The notes under the pieces: model-generated
The model's database searches: none
The model's input: only the letters and a program-made list of their open reading frames with translations
What the model was told of the DNA's origin: nothing
Part shown: positions 37,553-47,079 of the stretch, one piece after another
Position numbering within the stretch: the stretch's first letter is position 1
Layout: the number at the start of each line of letters is the position of its first letter
Translations under genes and position numbers: made by a program
From: Patescibacteria group bacterium AH-259-L05
GTDB taxonomy: Bacteria > Patescibacteriota > Patescibacteriia > UBA2591 > UBA6264
DNA length: 64,000 nucleotides
Assembly (NCBI GenBank): GCA_027717985.1
Contig: JALLOO010000002.1
Coordinates: 7,257 to 71,256 of the forward strand
Reading direction: 5' to 3'

Positions 37553-38614
37553 ATGAGCTTCTCAATAGGTATCATTGGCCTGCCTAATGTGGGTAAATCA
37601 ACACTATTTAAAGCGCTTACTAAAAAAAGTGTTGATATTTCTAATTATCCGTTTTGCACGATTGATCCCAATATAGGAAATGTAAAAATTCCAGACAGAC
37701 GATTAGATAAATTAGCAGATGTATTGAATCCAAAGCAAGTGCTTCCTACCTATGTTGAATTTGTTGATATTGCAGGATTAGTAAAAGGAGCACATAAGGG
37801 CGAGGGGTTGGGCAATCAATTTTTGTCCCACATCCGCGAGGTAGACGCGCTCGTTGAAATTATTCGATCTTTTTCTGACCCTGATGTTTCTCATGTAAGT
37901 GGAAAAATAGACCCGCATAGTGACAAAGAAACAATTAAACTTGAATTAATTTTTGCTGACCTCAAAACCATAGAAAAAAATTTAGAAAAAACTAGTAAAT
38001 ATGCAAAAATAGGAGATAAAAAAGCAACAAAAATAATTATTATCTTAGAAAAACTAAAATCAGGATTAGACCATGCAAAACCTGTTTCTAAAATAGAACT
38101 AGTATCAGAAGAAAAATCTTTACTATCTTATCTTAACCTTTTAACGGCAAAACCAATTATATATGTTATTAATATTGACGAAAATGTTTTAAGTAACCAG
38201 CAACCAACAACCAGTAACCAAATCTTTTTATGTGCTAAGCTCGAGGCAGAGTTAGTTGATTTATCTTCTCAAGAAGCAAAAGAATATTTACAAGAATACA
38301 ATATAAAAACATCAGCGCTTGATACACTTATCACCGCTGCATATAACATACTTAATTTAATTACGTTTATAACTTTTCAAAATCAAATTCTTCAAGCATG
38401 GACAATTCCATCAGGATCTACCGCGCTCAATGCAGCTGAAAAAATTCACACTGATATGGCCCAGGGTTTTATCAAGGCTGAAATAATTAACTGGCAGGAT
38501 TTAGTAAAATACAAATCTGAACAAAAGGCCCGCGAAGCAGGCCTTATGCGAACTGAAGGGAAAGAATATATCATTCATGATGGTGACGTGATTCACTTCA
38601 AGTTCAAAGCTTAA
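37553..38614 (+). CDS. ychF: ribosome-binding ATPase YchF
   Basis: IGIIGLPNVGKSTLF plus a C-terminal TGS domain. Confidence 0.9.
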   Translation: MSFSIGIIGLPNVGKSTLFKALTKKSVDISNYPFCTIDPNIGNVKIPDRRLDKLADVLNPKQVLPTYVEFVDIAGLVKGAHKGEGLGNQFLSHIREVDALVEIIRSFSDPDVSHVSGKIDPHSDKETIKLELIFADLKTIEKNLEKTSKYAKIGDKKATKIIIILEKLKSGLDHAKPVSKIELVSEEKSLLSYLNLLTAKPIIYVINIDENVLSNQQPTTSNQIFLCAKLEAELVDLSSQEAKEYLQEYNIKTSALDTLITAAYNILNLITFITFQNQILQAWTIPSGSTALNAAEKIHTDMAQGFIKAEIINWQDLVKYKSEQKAREAGLMRTEGKEYIIHDGDVIHFKFKA

Positions 38615-38706
38615 TTAAATTCGTCATTCGTCATCCCACACCCCATTCGTCACCTCGCAACTTTTAGCTGCAGGGTGGCACTTTTTCTTGTCATCCAGCT
38701 TCGCGG

Positions 38707-38812
38707 GATGATAAAGTGATGGGATGACAAAGGAATAGGATGACAAAGTGATGGGATGACAAAGGAATAGGATGACAAAGTGATGGGATGACAAAGGAAT
38801 AGGATGACAAAG
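38707..38812. repeat. tandem array: 3.3 copies of the 32-nt unit gatgacaaagtgatgggatgacaaaggaatag (built from 16-nt gatgacaaag-like subunits)
   Basis: Direct repeats with no spacers, preceded by tcgtcattcgtcatcccaca and gtcatccagcttcgcgggatga hairpins. Confidence 0.7.
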
Positions 38813-38920
38813 AGGAGCGGAAGTTATCAACTTGACAGAATTCCAATTAAGTATTATGCTTAAAATAGATCATTATCCTCATTATGAGGATTAACTGTTC
38901 ATTACAAAAGGAGTTATGCT

Positions 38921-41900
38921 ATGAAGAAAATACTGACATCTTTAATGATTGGATTATTGATCTCACTGACTTCTGATCTTAATGCACGAAACAAGATTAA
39001 CTACCGTCCTACAACCTGGAAGCATTATTCTATAAGCCTTGGTGACAATAGTGAAGGGTTTGAACTTTGGATATCAGATCGCCTCGATTCTACACTTCGC
39101 GCTGCAACACCAGAAATCATCAACAACATTTTTACTGACTATTCAAAACTCTTTAGTGGTTTTCGGTGGCAAACTCAGGATTACACGTTCACTAAATTTC
39201 GCTTCTTTTATAAAGATAGTGTAACCGTTGCAGCTGATGATACGCTCGTAACAAACTGGATGGATAAAAACCGAACATACGTAATCTATGCAAATCTGGA
39301 AGACTTTCTGCGACAACAAATATCACCCGGATTCACACAAGCACTTGGTTTTTTTCAGCATATTTTCGGCTTTCGTATCGCCGTGCCATATCCTGGATCA
39401 TACGCATTGTATGAATATATTCTGCGTCATGAATCAGCGCACGCATGGATGTATCAGCTCATGCGCGAATCAGTAAAAACCCATAATAAAAAAATGTCAA
39501 AAGTAAAGGGAACGCGGTATCAGATATTAGGAGAAGATGATCGCTTTAGTATGCCGCTCTGGGTTGTTGAAGGATTTGCTGAATGGGTTGCCCAAAAATT
39601 TGATAGCACACACTATGATCCTATGATCTATCGAACCATTCTTGGAAATAATCACCTCCGTCGTCACGTCACTGACTTGTCCCAAAACCTGCCTGACATT
39701 GCTCATGATATGTATTTTAATCCTTACTATTTTGGTGTTTCATTCTTTAATTGGTTAGAAAAAATCTACGGCAAAGAAAAAATAATTGAATTTTTTATAC
39801 AAAGACCACACTATAAAACAGAAGGGGGTAAAACCGGTTTTGAAAGAGCATGGGAAAAAACGTTTGGGAGAGAAATCTCAGAAATGCACTCAATAAGGCA
39901 GACAGAAATGCAGATTGAATGGAAAGACAGTCTTATTCCGTATTTTAAGCCATACTTTACTGATACCTTGCAATCAATAACTGAACGAGTTACCTGGCCA
40001 ATCAATAAAGAAAAGGGAGAAAAAGAACCGCTGTTAGCTGGCTATGTAAGTCATGATGCAAGCAAGGTTATTTACTATACCCTTGATCCAAAATGGCAAG
40101 CGCGCATTGAAGTACGGGATTTATTTACCAATGAAACCTGGATTGTTCACAAAATGTCTACGAATAAATCTTTGTGGTATCGATTTGACAATGCGCCCGC
40201 TATAGAGGGAAATAAGGTTGCGGTCGTTATTAATCGGGAAGGGCAAGACGAGCTTCGTATATATAAATTACGACAACTTGATCTAATTAAAAAAAGAAAC
40301 ATAGACAAAATTCTCTGGACTAAAGAAAAAACTGCACAGGTAGCTCAAATTGACTCGCTGCGCCATCATGCCATACTCACGATTAATACACCGTCATTTA
40401 ACCATGATGGCACCAAACTTGTGTTTGAAGGAATTGCGCGAAATGGATTTTCTGACCTGTACCTCTGGAACCGTGAAACAGACACACTCTCGCGTCTTAC
40501 CAATGATGTTTACGAAGACTTGCGTCCACGGTTTGAACGAATTAATAAAACCAGCAGTGAAGCGATTGTGTTTATTTCTGATAGAATCAATCCAGCAAAA
40601 ATGGATGTATTTACACTCTGGCCTGAAACAAAAGAAATCACCTCTCTTTATCAACCAAATCAACCGCATACTGTTATTGATCAAATTTCAGTTTCCCCAG
40701 ACTCTCATTTTGTTGCAATGAGAATGGTCTCCCTTGATCATTCACCGCAAATTCTGATATGGAGTCCGCCTCACAATGTTTATCATGTATTCTCTACATT
40801 CTATGGTGTAAGTCAAATTGTTGACTGGATTGATAATAACACCTTGCTGCTCTTAGATGAACGATTTAAGCTGGCAAAATTCCATCTTAATGACCTTAAA
40901 ATGTATGCTCCAATTCCCACAACATATACTGCCATGAAAAAAACTACCTGGCAGCCAATACAACCTGATACCCTTATCAAACCAACACCAATAACAGGAA
41001 AGAAAAAGAAGTATCGATATTTGACACCGCTCGGCTTAGGAAGTTTTGGATTTGCATCAGCAACTGGAGAAGAAATCTATCTCAGCTCTAACCTGTATAT
41101 TTACTATGGATCTGGCCTTGGATGGTTTTATAGCTTCTCAGTTGGTAGAATTGATATGAGGCAACGGCTTCGCAAGTTCTATAGTTTTACTGCATCCCGA
41201 GACCTTAATCTACGTACCTTAGAAAACAGTAAACCGTATTATAACTTTAGGCTGCAGCAAATTACACGCTTTAACTGGGTACTTGATCACAATATTCGAC
41301 TCACTGCAAATTTTTACTGGCCTTTTGATTTTGAAAACGGAATTGGATTGAGTGCTTCAATTGGATGGTTTGGACGGGATTATGAATACGTGTTTCCATA
41401 TTATTACTACTATTACTCTATGACGCGCTCGCTTAATCGCAATACTCTTAAGCCATTGCCGCATCAAAAACCGCTTAACCCAAAAGCTCAAAAATACATG
41501 AAAACAATAAGTCCTGCACTCTATCACGGCTGGTCAAAACAATCAATGGCATCAGTGATTGAATCTATAGGAAAAGGTGCTCTGCTTGGTACTGGTATTT
41601 ACTTTCTCCATGATAAGACATTTTCAAGCATGTATGGCGAAGTAAACCGCGGCACCTGGCTTGCAACGCAACTAGATGTTCTGGCAGTAAACAAAAAAAT
41701 CTTAGAAGGACAGTTTATATTTGATGGACGATTTTATATTCAGATCAAAAACTCACGCGCACTCATTGCAAATAGACTCTATGTGGTAAAATCTCTTGGT
41801 TCAGATAAGCCAATATTTTTGACGCCACGAGTATTAGAAAAACAAAAATTCCCGTACTATAACACAAAGCTTGGAACTGATGCTATACTCAAACAAATTG

Positions 41901-42190
41901 AATTTCGCTTTCCTATTTTAAACTTTATAGTGTTCCAGCCAGCACTGGTACCACCTAATTCTCCTGAAGGTATTATGGGATTCTGGGTAAATGGATCCTT
42001 GTTCTACAATAGTGGTAATATCTGGTTCTATGGAACCGAAATGCCGCAAATAAAACGAGCTGGACTTGCTATAAAACTGAGAATTTTTGGCAATATAAGT
42101 CTACAACACGAACAATATAAAATGAAATATGGAGCAGGACCCTGGACTCATGCATGGAAAAAAGGATGGTTTTTAAACTTTGAGTTCTAG
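38921..42190 (+). CDS. large secreted multidomain protein: peptidase-MA-like HExxH domain, PD40/TolB-like beta-propeller repeats, aromatic beta-rich C-terminal region ending in Phe
   Basis: Signal peptide MKKILTSLMIGLLISLTSDLNA; ILRHESAHAWMY...EGFAEW; NHDGTKLVFEG...DLYLWNRETD; C-terminus ...KKGWFLNFEF. Confidence 0.5.
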   Translation: MKKILTSLMIGLLISLTSDLNARNKINYRPTTWKHYSISLGDNSEGFELWISDRLDSTLRAATPEIINNIFTDYSKLFSGFRWQTQDYTFTKFRFFYKDSVTVAADDTLVTNWMDKNRTYVIYANLEDFLRQQISPGFTQALGFFQHIFGFRIAVPYPGSYALYEYILRHESAHAWMYQLMRESVKTHNKKMSKVKGTRYQILGEDDRFSMPLWVVEGFAEWVAQKFDSTHYDPMIYRTILGNNHLRRHVTDLSQNLPDIAHDMYFNPYYFGVSFFNWLEKIYGKEKIIEFFIQRPHYKTEGGKTGFERAWEKTFGREISEMHSIRQTEMQIEWKDSLIPYFKPYFTDTLQSITERVTWPINKEKGEKEPLLAGYVSHDASKVIYYTLDPKWQARIEVRDLFTNETWIVHKMSTNKSLWYRFDNAPAIEGNKVAVVINREGQDELRIYKLRQLDLIKKRNIDKILWTKEKTAQVAQIDSLRHHAILTINTPSFNHDGTKLVFEGIARNGFSDLYLWNRETDTLSRLTNDVYEDLRPRFERINKTSSEAIVFISDRINPAKMDVFTLWPETKEITSLYQPNQPHTVIDQISVSPDSHFVAMRMVSLDHSPQILIWSPPHNVYHVFSTFYGVSQIVDWIDNNTLLLLDERFKLAKFHLNDLKMYAPIPTTYTAMKKTTWQPIQPDTLIKPTPITGKKKKYRYLTPLGLGSFGFASATGEEIYLSSNLYIYYGSGLGWFYSFSVGRIDMRQRLRKFYSFTASRDLNLRTLENSKPYYNFRLQQITRFNWVLDHNIRLTANFYWPFDFENGIGLSASIGWFGRDYEYVFPYYYYYYSMTRSLNRNTLKPLPHQKPLNPKAQKYMKTISPALYHGWSKQSMASVIESIGKGALLGTGIYFLHDKTFSSMYGEVNRGTWLATQLDVLAVNKKILEGQFIFDGRFYIQIKNSRALIANRLYVVKSLGSDKPIFLTPRVLEKQKFPYYNTKLGTDAILKQIEFRFPILNFIVFQPALVPPNSPEGIMGFWVNGSLFYNSGNIWFYGTEMPQIKRAGLAIKLRIFGNISLQHEQYKMKYGAGPWTHAWKKGWFLNFEF

Positions 42191-42199
42191 ACTTAAAAA

Positions 42200-42232
42200 T
42201 CCCTGTATCAACTACAGGGGTTTTTCTTTTTG
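42200..42232 (+). terminator. rho-independent terminator CCCTGTAtcaactaCAGGGG+T-run
   Basis: Immediately 3' of the 1089-aa gene. Confidence 0.6.
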
Positions 42233-42251
42233 TCATTCCGCGACCTTTTTT

Positions 42252-42283
42252 TGTCATTCCGCGACCAGTGGTCGCGGAATGAC
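42252..42283. repeat. GTCATTCCGCGACC palindromic element
   Basis: gtcattccgcgaccagtggtcgcggaatgac is a perfect 14-bp stem, preceded by a second tgtcattccgcgacc half-copy. Confidence 0.6.
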
Positions 42284-42351
42284 AAAGGTGGGTTGACTTT
42301 TTTCTAAAATCTGTCATGATATAAATAACTAATACGTAAAGGAGGTATGCT

Positions 42352-43644
42352 ATGAAAGAAACATTAGAACAAGCAAAACCTACTAAGGATGAAGCTCGAC
42401 TAGAAACGGTTGAAAAATTAGAAATTCTTGATACGCATGATGAAAATTGGGTATTGGCAAATAAGGGTGAATTTTTAAGACCCGACTTTAACAAATATCT
42501 CGAAGAACTAAAAAATCAAGGTATTCTTAAATTTAGCCCAAGCTCAGGAAGACTTAAATGGGCAAAACGAAAAGAAGAGCAGACACATAGGGTTCATGTT
42601 ATTGAGCCCATTGGAGACGACAAAGAGGGTGGTTACTACTATGGCAGTAAGCAAAGTGTTCATGCTGGTACGCACGGGAATATATTTAACTCCTTACCAC
42701 AACTCCGAGAAAAAACACTCCAAAATGAACAACCGCAATCACAAAAAAGACGTTCAAAAGAACGGCCAAAAAAAGATACAGAACTTCTCAAGCACTTTGA
42801 AAAACTCATGCAAAAACCGATTCGATTGCTTAAAAACTTAGAAAAAGCGCTTGAAAAAAATGAAGCATCAATTCGCGGACCAGCAGCACAAATTGAGCTA
42901 CTTCGACACTACGCCAAACATCTCAATAAAGCAGTTAAACAAAATAATTCCTTAGATGCACGTGCGCTCATAGCTGATTTGGGAGACCTGGGTATAGAAT
43001 ATCCAAAATCTGCTAAAGAAGAATTTGAAAACACCATTCTGCCAGAAGCTTACAACTTGCTTGAAAAAACTTCAGAAAACCAATTCACGCTTGAAGATAT
43101 TAAACAAGCAAAAAAAGAAGATCGGTATCTCATGGAAAAACCAGAATATGAAGAAATACACTATAAATACTGGGAGCAACACCCCCAAGAAGAAAGCATC
43201 CGTCATATTGACGTCTATACATTTAAAGGAAATAAAAACTCAGAAATTCAGTATAAATGGATATTTGGTGATTTAAAAAATTGCGCCAGAATGGTAGAAT
43301 ATCTGGAATGGATTAATTCATCAATAGAGAGATGGAGAGGTCAAAGCCATCAAGAAGAAAAAATCCCAGAAACACAACGTGAAGCACATAAAAAAGCAGC
43401 AGATAAAGCAATTGAAAAATTTATGCACAGAAAACCAAAAACAGAAGAAGAAAGAAAAAAGGGACGTGAAGAGAAAAGAAAAGCTCGGCAAGAAGCTCAA
43501 AGTAAAAAAGGAGAAGAGAGAACATTCAGTTGGGATGAACTAGCTGAAGTAAAAGAACATCTGGAAAAACAAGCGAAAAAGAAAAAACCTTCTGTAAAGA
43601 AAAAAACATCGACCACCAAAAAAACAAAAACCAAAAAAAAGTAA
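42352..43644 (+). CDS. hypothetical highly charged (K/E-rich) protein with poly-Lys C-terminus
   Basis: No signal peptide. C-terminus is KKKKPSVKKKTSTTKKTKTKKK. SD AAAGGAGG. Confidence 0.45.
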   Translation: MKETLEQAKPTKDEARLETVEKLEILDTHDENWVLANKGEFLRPDFNKYLEELKNQGILKFSPSSGRLKWAKRKEEQTHRVHVIEPIGDDKEGGYYYGSKQSVHAGTHGNIFNSLPQLREKTLQNEQPQSQKRRSKERPKKDTELLKHFEKLMQKPIRLLKNLEKALEKNEASIRGPAAQIELLRHYAKHLNKAVKQNNSLDARALIADLGDLGIEYPKSAKEEFENTILPEAYNLLEKTSENQFTLEDIKQAKKEDRYLMEKPEYEEIHYKYWEQHPQEESIRHIDVYTFKGNKNSEIQYKWIFGDLKNCARMVEYLEWINSSIERWRGQSHQEEKIPETQREAHKKAADKAIEKFMHRKPKTEEERKKGREEKRKARQEAQSKKGEERTFSWDELAEVKEHLEKQAKKKKPSVKKKTSTTKKTKTKKK

Positions 43645-43659
43645 AGTAATTAATTCAGC

Positions 43660-43695
43660 AGAAAAAGCCATGGCCACCACGCCATGGCTTTTTAC
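43660..43695 (+). terminator. rho-independent terminator AAAGCCATGGCcaccacGCCATGGCTTTTT
   Basis: Followed by the 43728..43755 tgtcatcccgcaaaattgcggaatgaca palindrome. Confidence 0.65.
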
Positions 43696-43773
43696 ATACG
43701 TCTTTAAACTACGAAATATATTTTTTGTGTCATCCCGCAAAATTGCGGAATGACAAAAAAAATATTAAAAAAT

Positions 43774-44223
43774 TTAAGTAGATTTTTGTATAGACCGTAT
43801 CACTAAAATAAAAACACCAGCCATAATCATTGCATCCGCTATGTTGAATGCAAACAAAAATAAAATGTCAACGTAATCTATAACGGCACCGTATATAAAA
43901 CGATCTAATATATTACTTATAGCTCCAACAACAATCAAACTTAAACTAAAAACAGCTGTTATTTTTCTTTCTTGATAACTGGTAATCAAACTTGATATTA
44001 CAAAAATTAAAACAATACCAAAAAAAACATAAAATAATAAACCTGATAATGGTAGAGAAAACGCAATATATGGATTTTCAAAAACAGAAAAATTAATAAA
44101 AAAAATATTTTTTTCTATACCACTCAATGCAAGTATTTTTAAAACTCGGTCTACAATAAAAAAAAATACGACCAGCGTATTAATAAACATGAGCTGTTTT
44201 CGCCAACGTTTAACTTGTTCCAT
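43774..44223 (-). CDS. lspA: lipoprotein signal peptidase II
   Basis: NILDRFIYGAVIDYVDI...FNIADAMI. Confidence 0.75.
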   Translation of the reverse strand: MEQVKRWRKQLMFINTLVVFFFIVDRVLKILALSGIEKNIFFINFSVFENPYIAFSLPLSGLLFYVFFGIVLIFVISSLITSYQERKITAVFSLSLIVVGAISNILDRFIYGAVIDYVDILFLFAFNIADAMIMAGVFILVIRSIQKST

Positions 44224-44267
44224 GATTTTTAAAATTTAGCATTAAAAATAACAAACCTTTTAAGGTT

Positions 44268-44636
44268 CTATAAAATATGATTCTTATCTTTACAATCTAT
44301 ACAATACTGAGCGGTCGGCAACACCTCTAATCTTTTTTTACTGATTTCTTTCCCGCAGTCTTCACAAATACCATACTCATTTTTTGCAATCTTGCCTAAC
44401 GCTACATTCACTTGTGCCAATGCGTTTTCTAAATTTTTCTCAAGCGAAAGGCTATCAACAAAATTCGCTACCTCATCTGCGTTTTCATCTTCAGCGCGAC
44501 CATACTCAGGAAAGCGCGCCTCATAATCATTTGCAACGCGCGTACTTTTTTCAGCAAATGACTCTAATTGTTTTTTAATTTCGCGTCTTCGTTCCTGTAA
44601 ATCCTTTTTTTTCGACGCTACAAATTTTTTAAACAT
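44268..44636 (-). CDS. DksA/TraR-family C4 zinc-finger protein
   Basis: CEDCGKEISKKRLEVLPTAQYCIDC. The true start is likely MFKKFVASKKK at 44636. The ORF-track N-terminus (…FCERSEQV…) is a translated repeat element. Confidence 0.65.
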   Translation of the reverse strand: MFKKFVASKKKDLQERRREIKKQLESFAEKSTRVANDYEARFPEYGRAEDENADEVANFVDSLSLEKNLENALAQVNVALGKIAKNEYGICEDCGKEISKKRLEVLPTAQYCIDCKDKNHIL

Positions 44637-44682
44637 AAAAACACTTATTCTGGTTAGTGCTTTGCGCTCCACAGTTAGTATA

Positions 44683-44722
44683 AGAACCTGCTCGCTTCGC
44701 TCGCAGAACCTTGAAATCCCTT
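44683..44722. repeat. AAGAACC-family element
   Basis: aagaacctgctcgcttcgctcgcagaaccttgaa. Confidence 0.55.
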
Positions 44723-44820
44723 CAGGACTTACAAATGTGAAAGTAAACTTTCCCATTTGATTCGTCCTTAGGAATTATAGAGCAAAAATCGTAAATGACA
44801 AGAAAAGTTATCCACACCTC

Positions 44821-45729
44821 TTATTTAGAAATTTCTTGTTGGGAAACTAGCTTCAAACATCCCTCCAATTTCCTATCTCCCTCTCCCATTATTATATCTT
44901 CTATACCATACGCATCCAGTTGAACATATACTGCTTGTTTAAATTCTGTGTCTTCAAGATTAGAAAAACACATACTAATAAAATTTTGATTCTCCTCAAG
45001 GTTATTAGAAACAAAAATATAGTTTTTGTCTTTCCACAATACAACACGTTTGTTATCATCTTCCCAATATCGTACTCTTTTTTCATCAATAACCTTATCT
45101 TTAAAATCAAAAACATCTATATCGGCAATAACCTCAATAAACGTTGATCCGTCAGGTAAAACAACGCGTTTTTCAACCGGCGTGTACAAGGCAAGGTACG
45201 ATTTAATTTTTTTTTCAAAATCTTCAAGCGACGTATCTGTCCTTAACACAAGAACAAAACTCTGATCTGATGTATCATTGTACCGTACTGTATTATTATC
45301 TAACAACATAGGGAACGTTATATCAGAGATATCTAATATAAAAAATAAATATTGAGAATCTTGTGATATATATACACTAAAGGGAACAAGATCAGAAAAT
45401 GTCATCTCTATGTTATCCTGCAATAACTTTACTATCTGAGACAAATCTATATATCCGTGCCCAACAAAATTTTTCTTTAAAAAATATGCATATAGTTTTT
45501 TAACGATAAAACGCGATTTTTCTTTGAAGTGAAATGCGCCCACACTACTGGTATATGTTTCTGTAATATCTTTAAACCAATAATGCTCTATCAACTCCTC
45601 TCCTACATATACATAAAAATACATATGATCAGTAACATATGATATAGGTGCTTGAGAAAATATGATATAGCCTCCAATAATTATCACAAGGATAATAAAA
45701 ATTTTTAAACCTGAAATAAGTATCCTCAT
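44821..45729 (-). CDS. hypothetical membrane-anchored protein
   Basis: Likely start MRILISGLKIFIILVIIIGG at 45729. The upstream ORF-track extension (CERSEQ…) is repeat-encoded. Confidence 0.4.
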   Translation of the reverse strand: MRILISGLKIFIILVIIIGGYIIFSQAPISYVTDHMYFYVYVGEELIEHYWFKDITETYTSSVGAFHFKEKSRFIVKKLYAYFLKKNFVGHGYIDLSQIVKLLQDNIEMTFSDLVPFSVYISQDSQYLFFILDISDITFPMLLDNNTVRYNDTSDQSFVLVLRTDTSLEDFEKKIKSYLALYTPVEKRVVLPDGSTFIEVIADIDVFDFKDKVIDEKRVRYWEDDNKRVVLWKDKNYIFVSNNLEENQNFISMCFSNLEDTEFKQAVYVQLDAYGIEDIIMGEGDRKLEGCLKLVSQQEISK

Positions 45730-45767
45730 ACCATTACTATACACCTTTTTTATATTTTTGTTAAGAA

Positions 45768-45866
45768 AACTATAAGAACCATGCTTCGCAGAACCTTGAA
45801 GTTTGAAAGGAATGATATTTGTATCCAAACTATAAGAACCATGCTTCGCAGAACCTTGTTGTTCGC
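45768..45866. repeat. two direct copies of an AAGAACC-family element separated by aagtttgaaaggaatgatatttgtatcc
   Basis: aaactataagaaccatgcttcgcagaaccttg appears twice; the arrangement is shared with 11200..11275. Confidence 0.6.
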
Positions 45867-45933
45867 TTCGCTCACAATAAAGTCTCACAATAAAGTCTTG
45901 TCAACCTTTAAAAAATAATATACAATAATCTTT

Positions 45934-47079
45934 ATGGCAGTTAAACAAATAACAATTAAAAAAGATTACAACACCCTTATCCAATCCATGCCGAGAGTGA
46001 ACGAACTAATTGAAGGAGAGGTTATTGAAATTGGAAAAAATGAAATATATATAAACATAGAAGGAATTCTCACGGGCGTCATACGAGGACCAGAACTCTA
46101 TGACGAATCTGGTGAATTTTCTGATTTAAAAAAAGGAGATAAAGTATCCACGACCGTTCTTGAATTAGAAAATGAAAAAGGTTTTGTAGAACTCTCGCTT
46201 CGGTATGCAAGTCATCAAAAAGCATGGAACAAACTTGAAAGTATTGCCAAAAATAAAAAAACAGTCATGGTTAAAATAATTGGTGCAAATAAAGGCGGTC
46301 TTTTGATTCAATATGGAAAAATACAAGGATTTATGCCAGTCTCTCAATTAAAACATGAACACTACCCTCGCGTCGAAGGAGGTGATAAAAATAAAATATT
46401 AGAAAAACTAAAAAAATTTGTTGGCACTGAAATGGAGGTTAAATTCATCACGGTTGATGAAAAAGAAGAAAAGCTTATTGTTTCTGAAAAAGAAATAGCT
46501 TCCAAGCAAAAAAAAGAATCAAAAGAAAAACAATATAAGGTTGGTGATGTAGTTGAAGGAAAAATCACTGGCTTAGTAGATTTTGGTGCATTTGTGACCT
46601 TTGATAAAAACCAGGAAGGATTAGTACATATTTCTGAAATTGGATGGCAGCGAATAGATCATCCTCAAGACATACTCTCAATTGGTGACAAAGTAAAAAT
46701 AAAGATTATTGAAATTACCGAAGATGGTAAAATCTCTCTTTCTATAAGACGTTTAATTGAAGATCCATGGAAAGATATAAAAGAACGATACTCTATTGGC
46801 CAAAAAGTCAAAGGTAAAATACTTAAAATCAATGCCTTTGGCTTTTTTGTTGAACTGGATTCTGAAATACACGGCCTTGCCCATGTCTCAGAAATAACCG
46901 CAAAACCAACAAAAGATTTAAACAAAATTGCCAAAACTGGCGATGTTCTTGAATTTAAAATTGTTTCAATCGAACCAAAGGATCACCGCCTCGGACTATC
47001 CCTTATTAAGGCGAAACCAAAAGAACAAGCGCCTCTTTCTCAAACAAAAACTAAACAAACAGAAAAAGATGAAACATAA
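45934..47079 (+). CDS. rpsA: 30S ribosomal protein S1 (four S1 domains, 381 aa)
   Basis: Repeated S1 OB-fold motifs (GxV.G.V..i..fGaFV). Confidence 0.85.
   Translation: MAVKQITIKKDYNTLIQSMPRVNELIEGEVIEIGKNEIYINIEGILTGVIRGPELYDESGEFSDLKKGDKVSTTVLELENEKGFVELSLRYASHQKAWNKLESIAKNKKTVMVKIIGANKGGLLIQYGKIQGFMPVSQLKHEHYPRVEGGDKNKILEKLKKFVGTEMEVKFITVDEKEEKLIVSEKEIASKQKKESKEKQYKVGDVVEGKITGLVDFGAFVTFDKNQEGLVHISEIGWQRIDHPQDILSIGDKVKIKIIEITEDGKISLSIRRLIEDPWKDIKERYSIGQKVKGKILKINAFGFFVELDSEIHGLAHVSEITAKPTKDLNKIAKTGDVLEFKIVSIEPKDHRLGLSLIKAKPKEQAPLSQTKTKQTEKDET

Noticed and set aside
38707-38812. Possible CRISPR array (regular 32-nt direct repeats)
   Set aside because: The repeats are contiguous with no spacers, the unit is itself a dimer of a 16-nt motif, and no cas genes are present. 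It is a tandem repeat of the dispersed GATGACAAAG family.
44637-44756. N-terminal extensions of ORF-track entries 44268..44756, 44821..45888, 50267..51499 and 7981..9387
   Set aside because: The extra residues (for example FCERSEQVLILTV, MRLYCERSEQ…) are translations of dispersed repeat elements upstream of the real start codons. The true starts were placed at the first Met with an SD and family-typical N-terminus.
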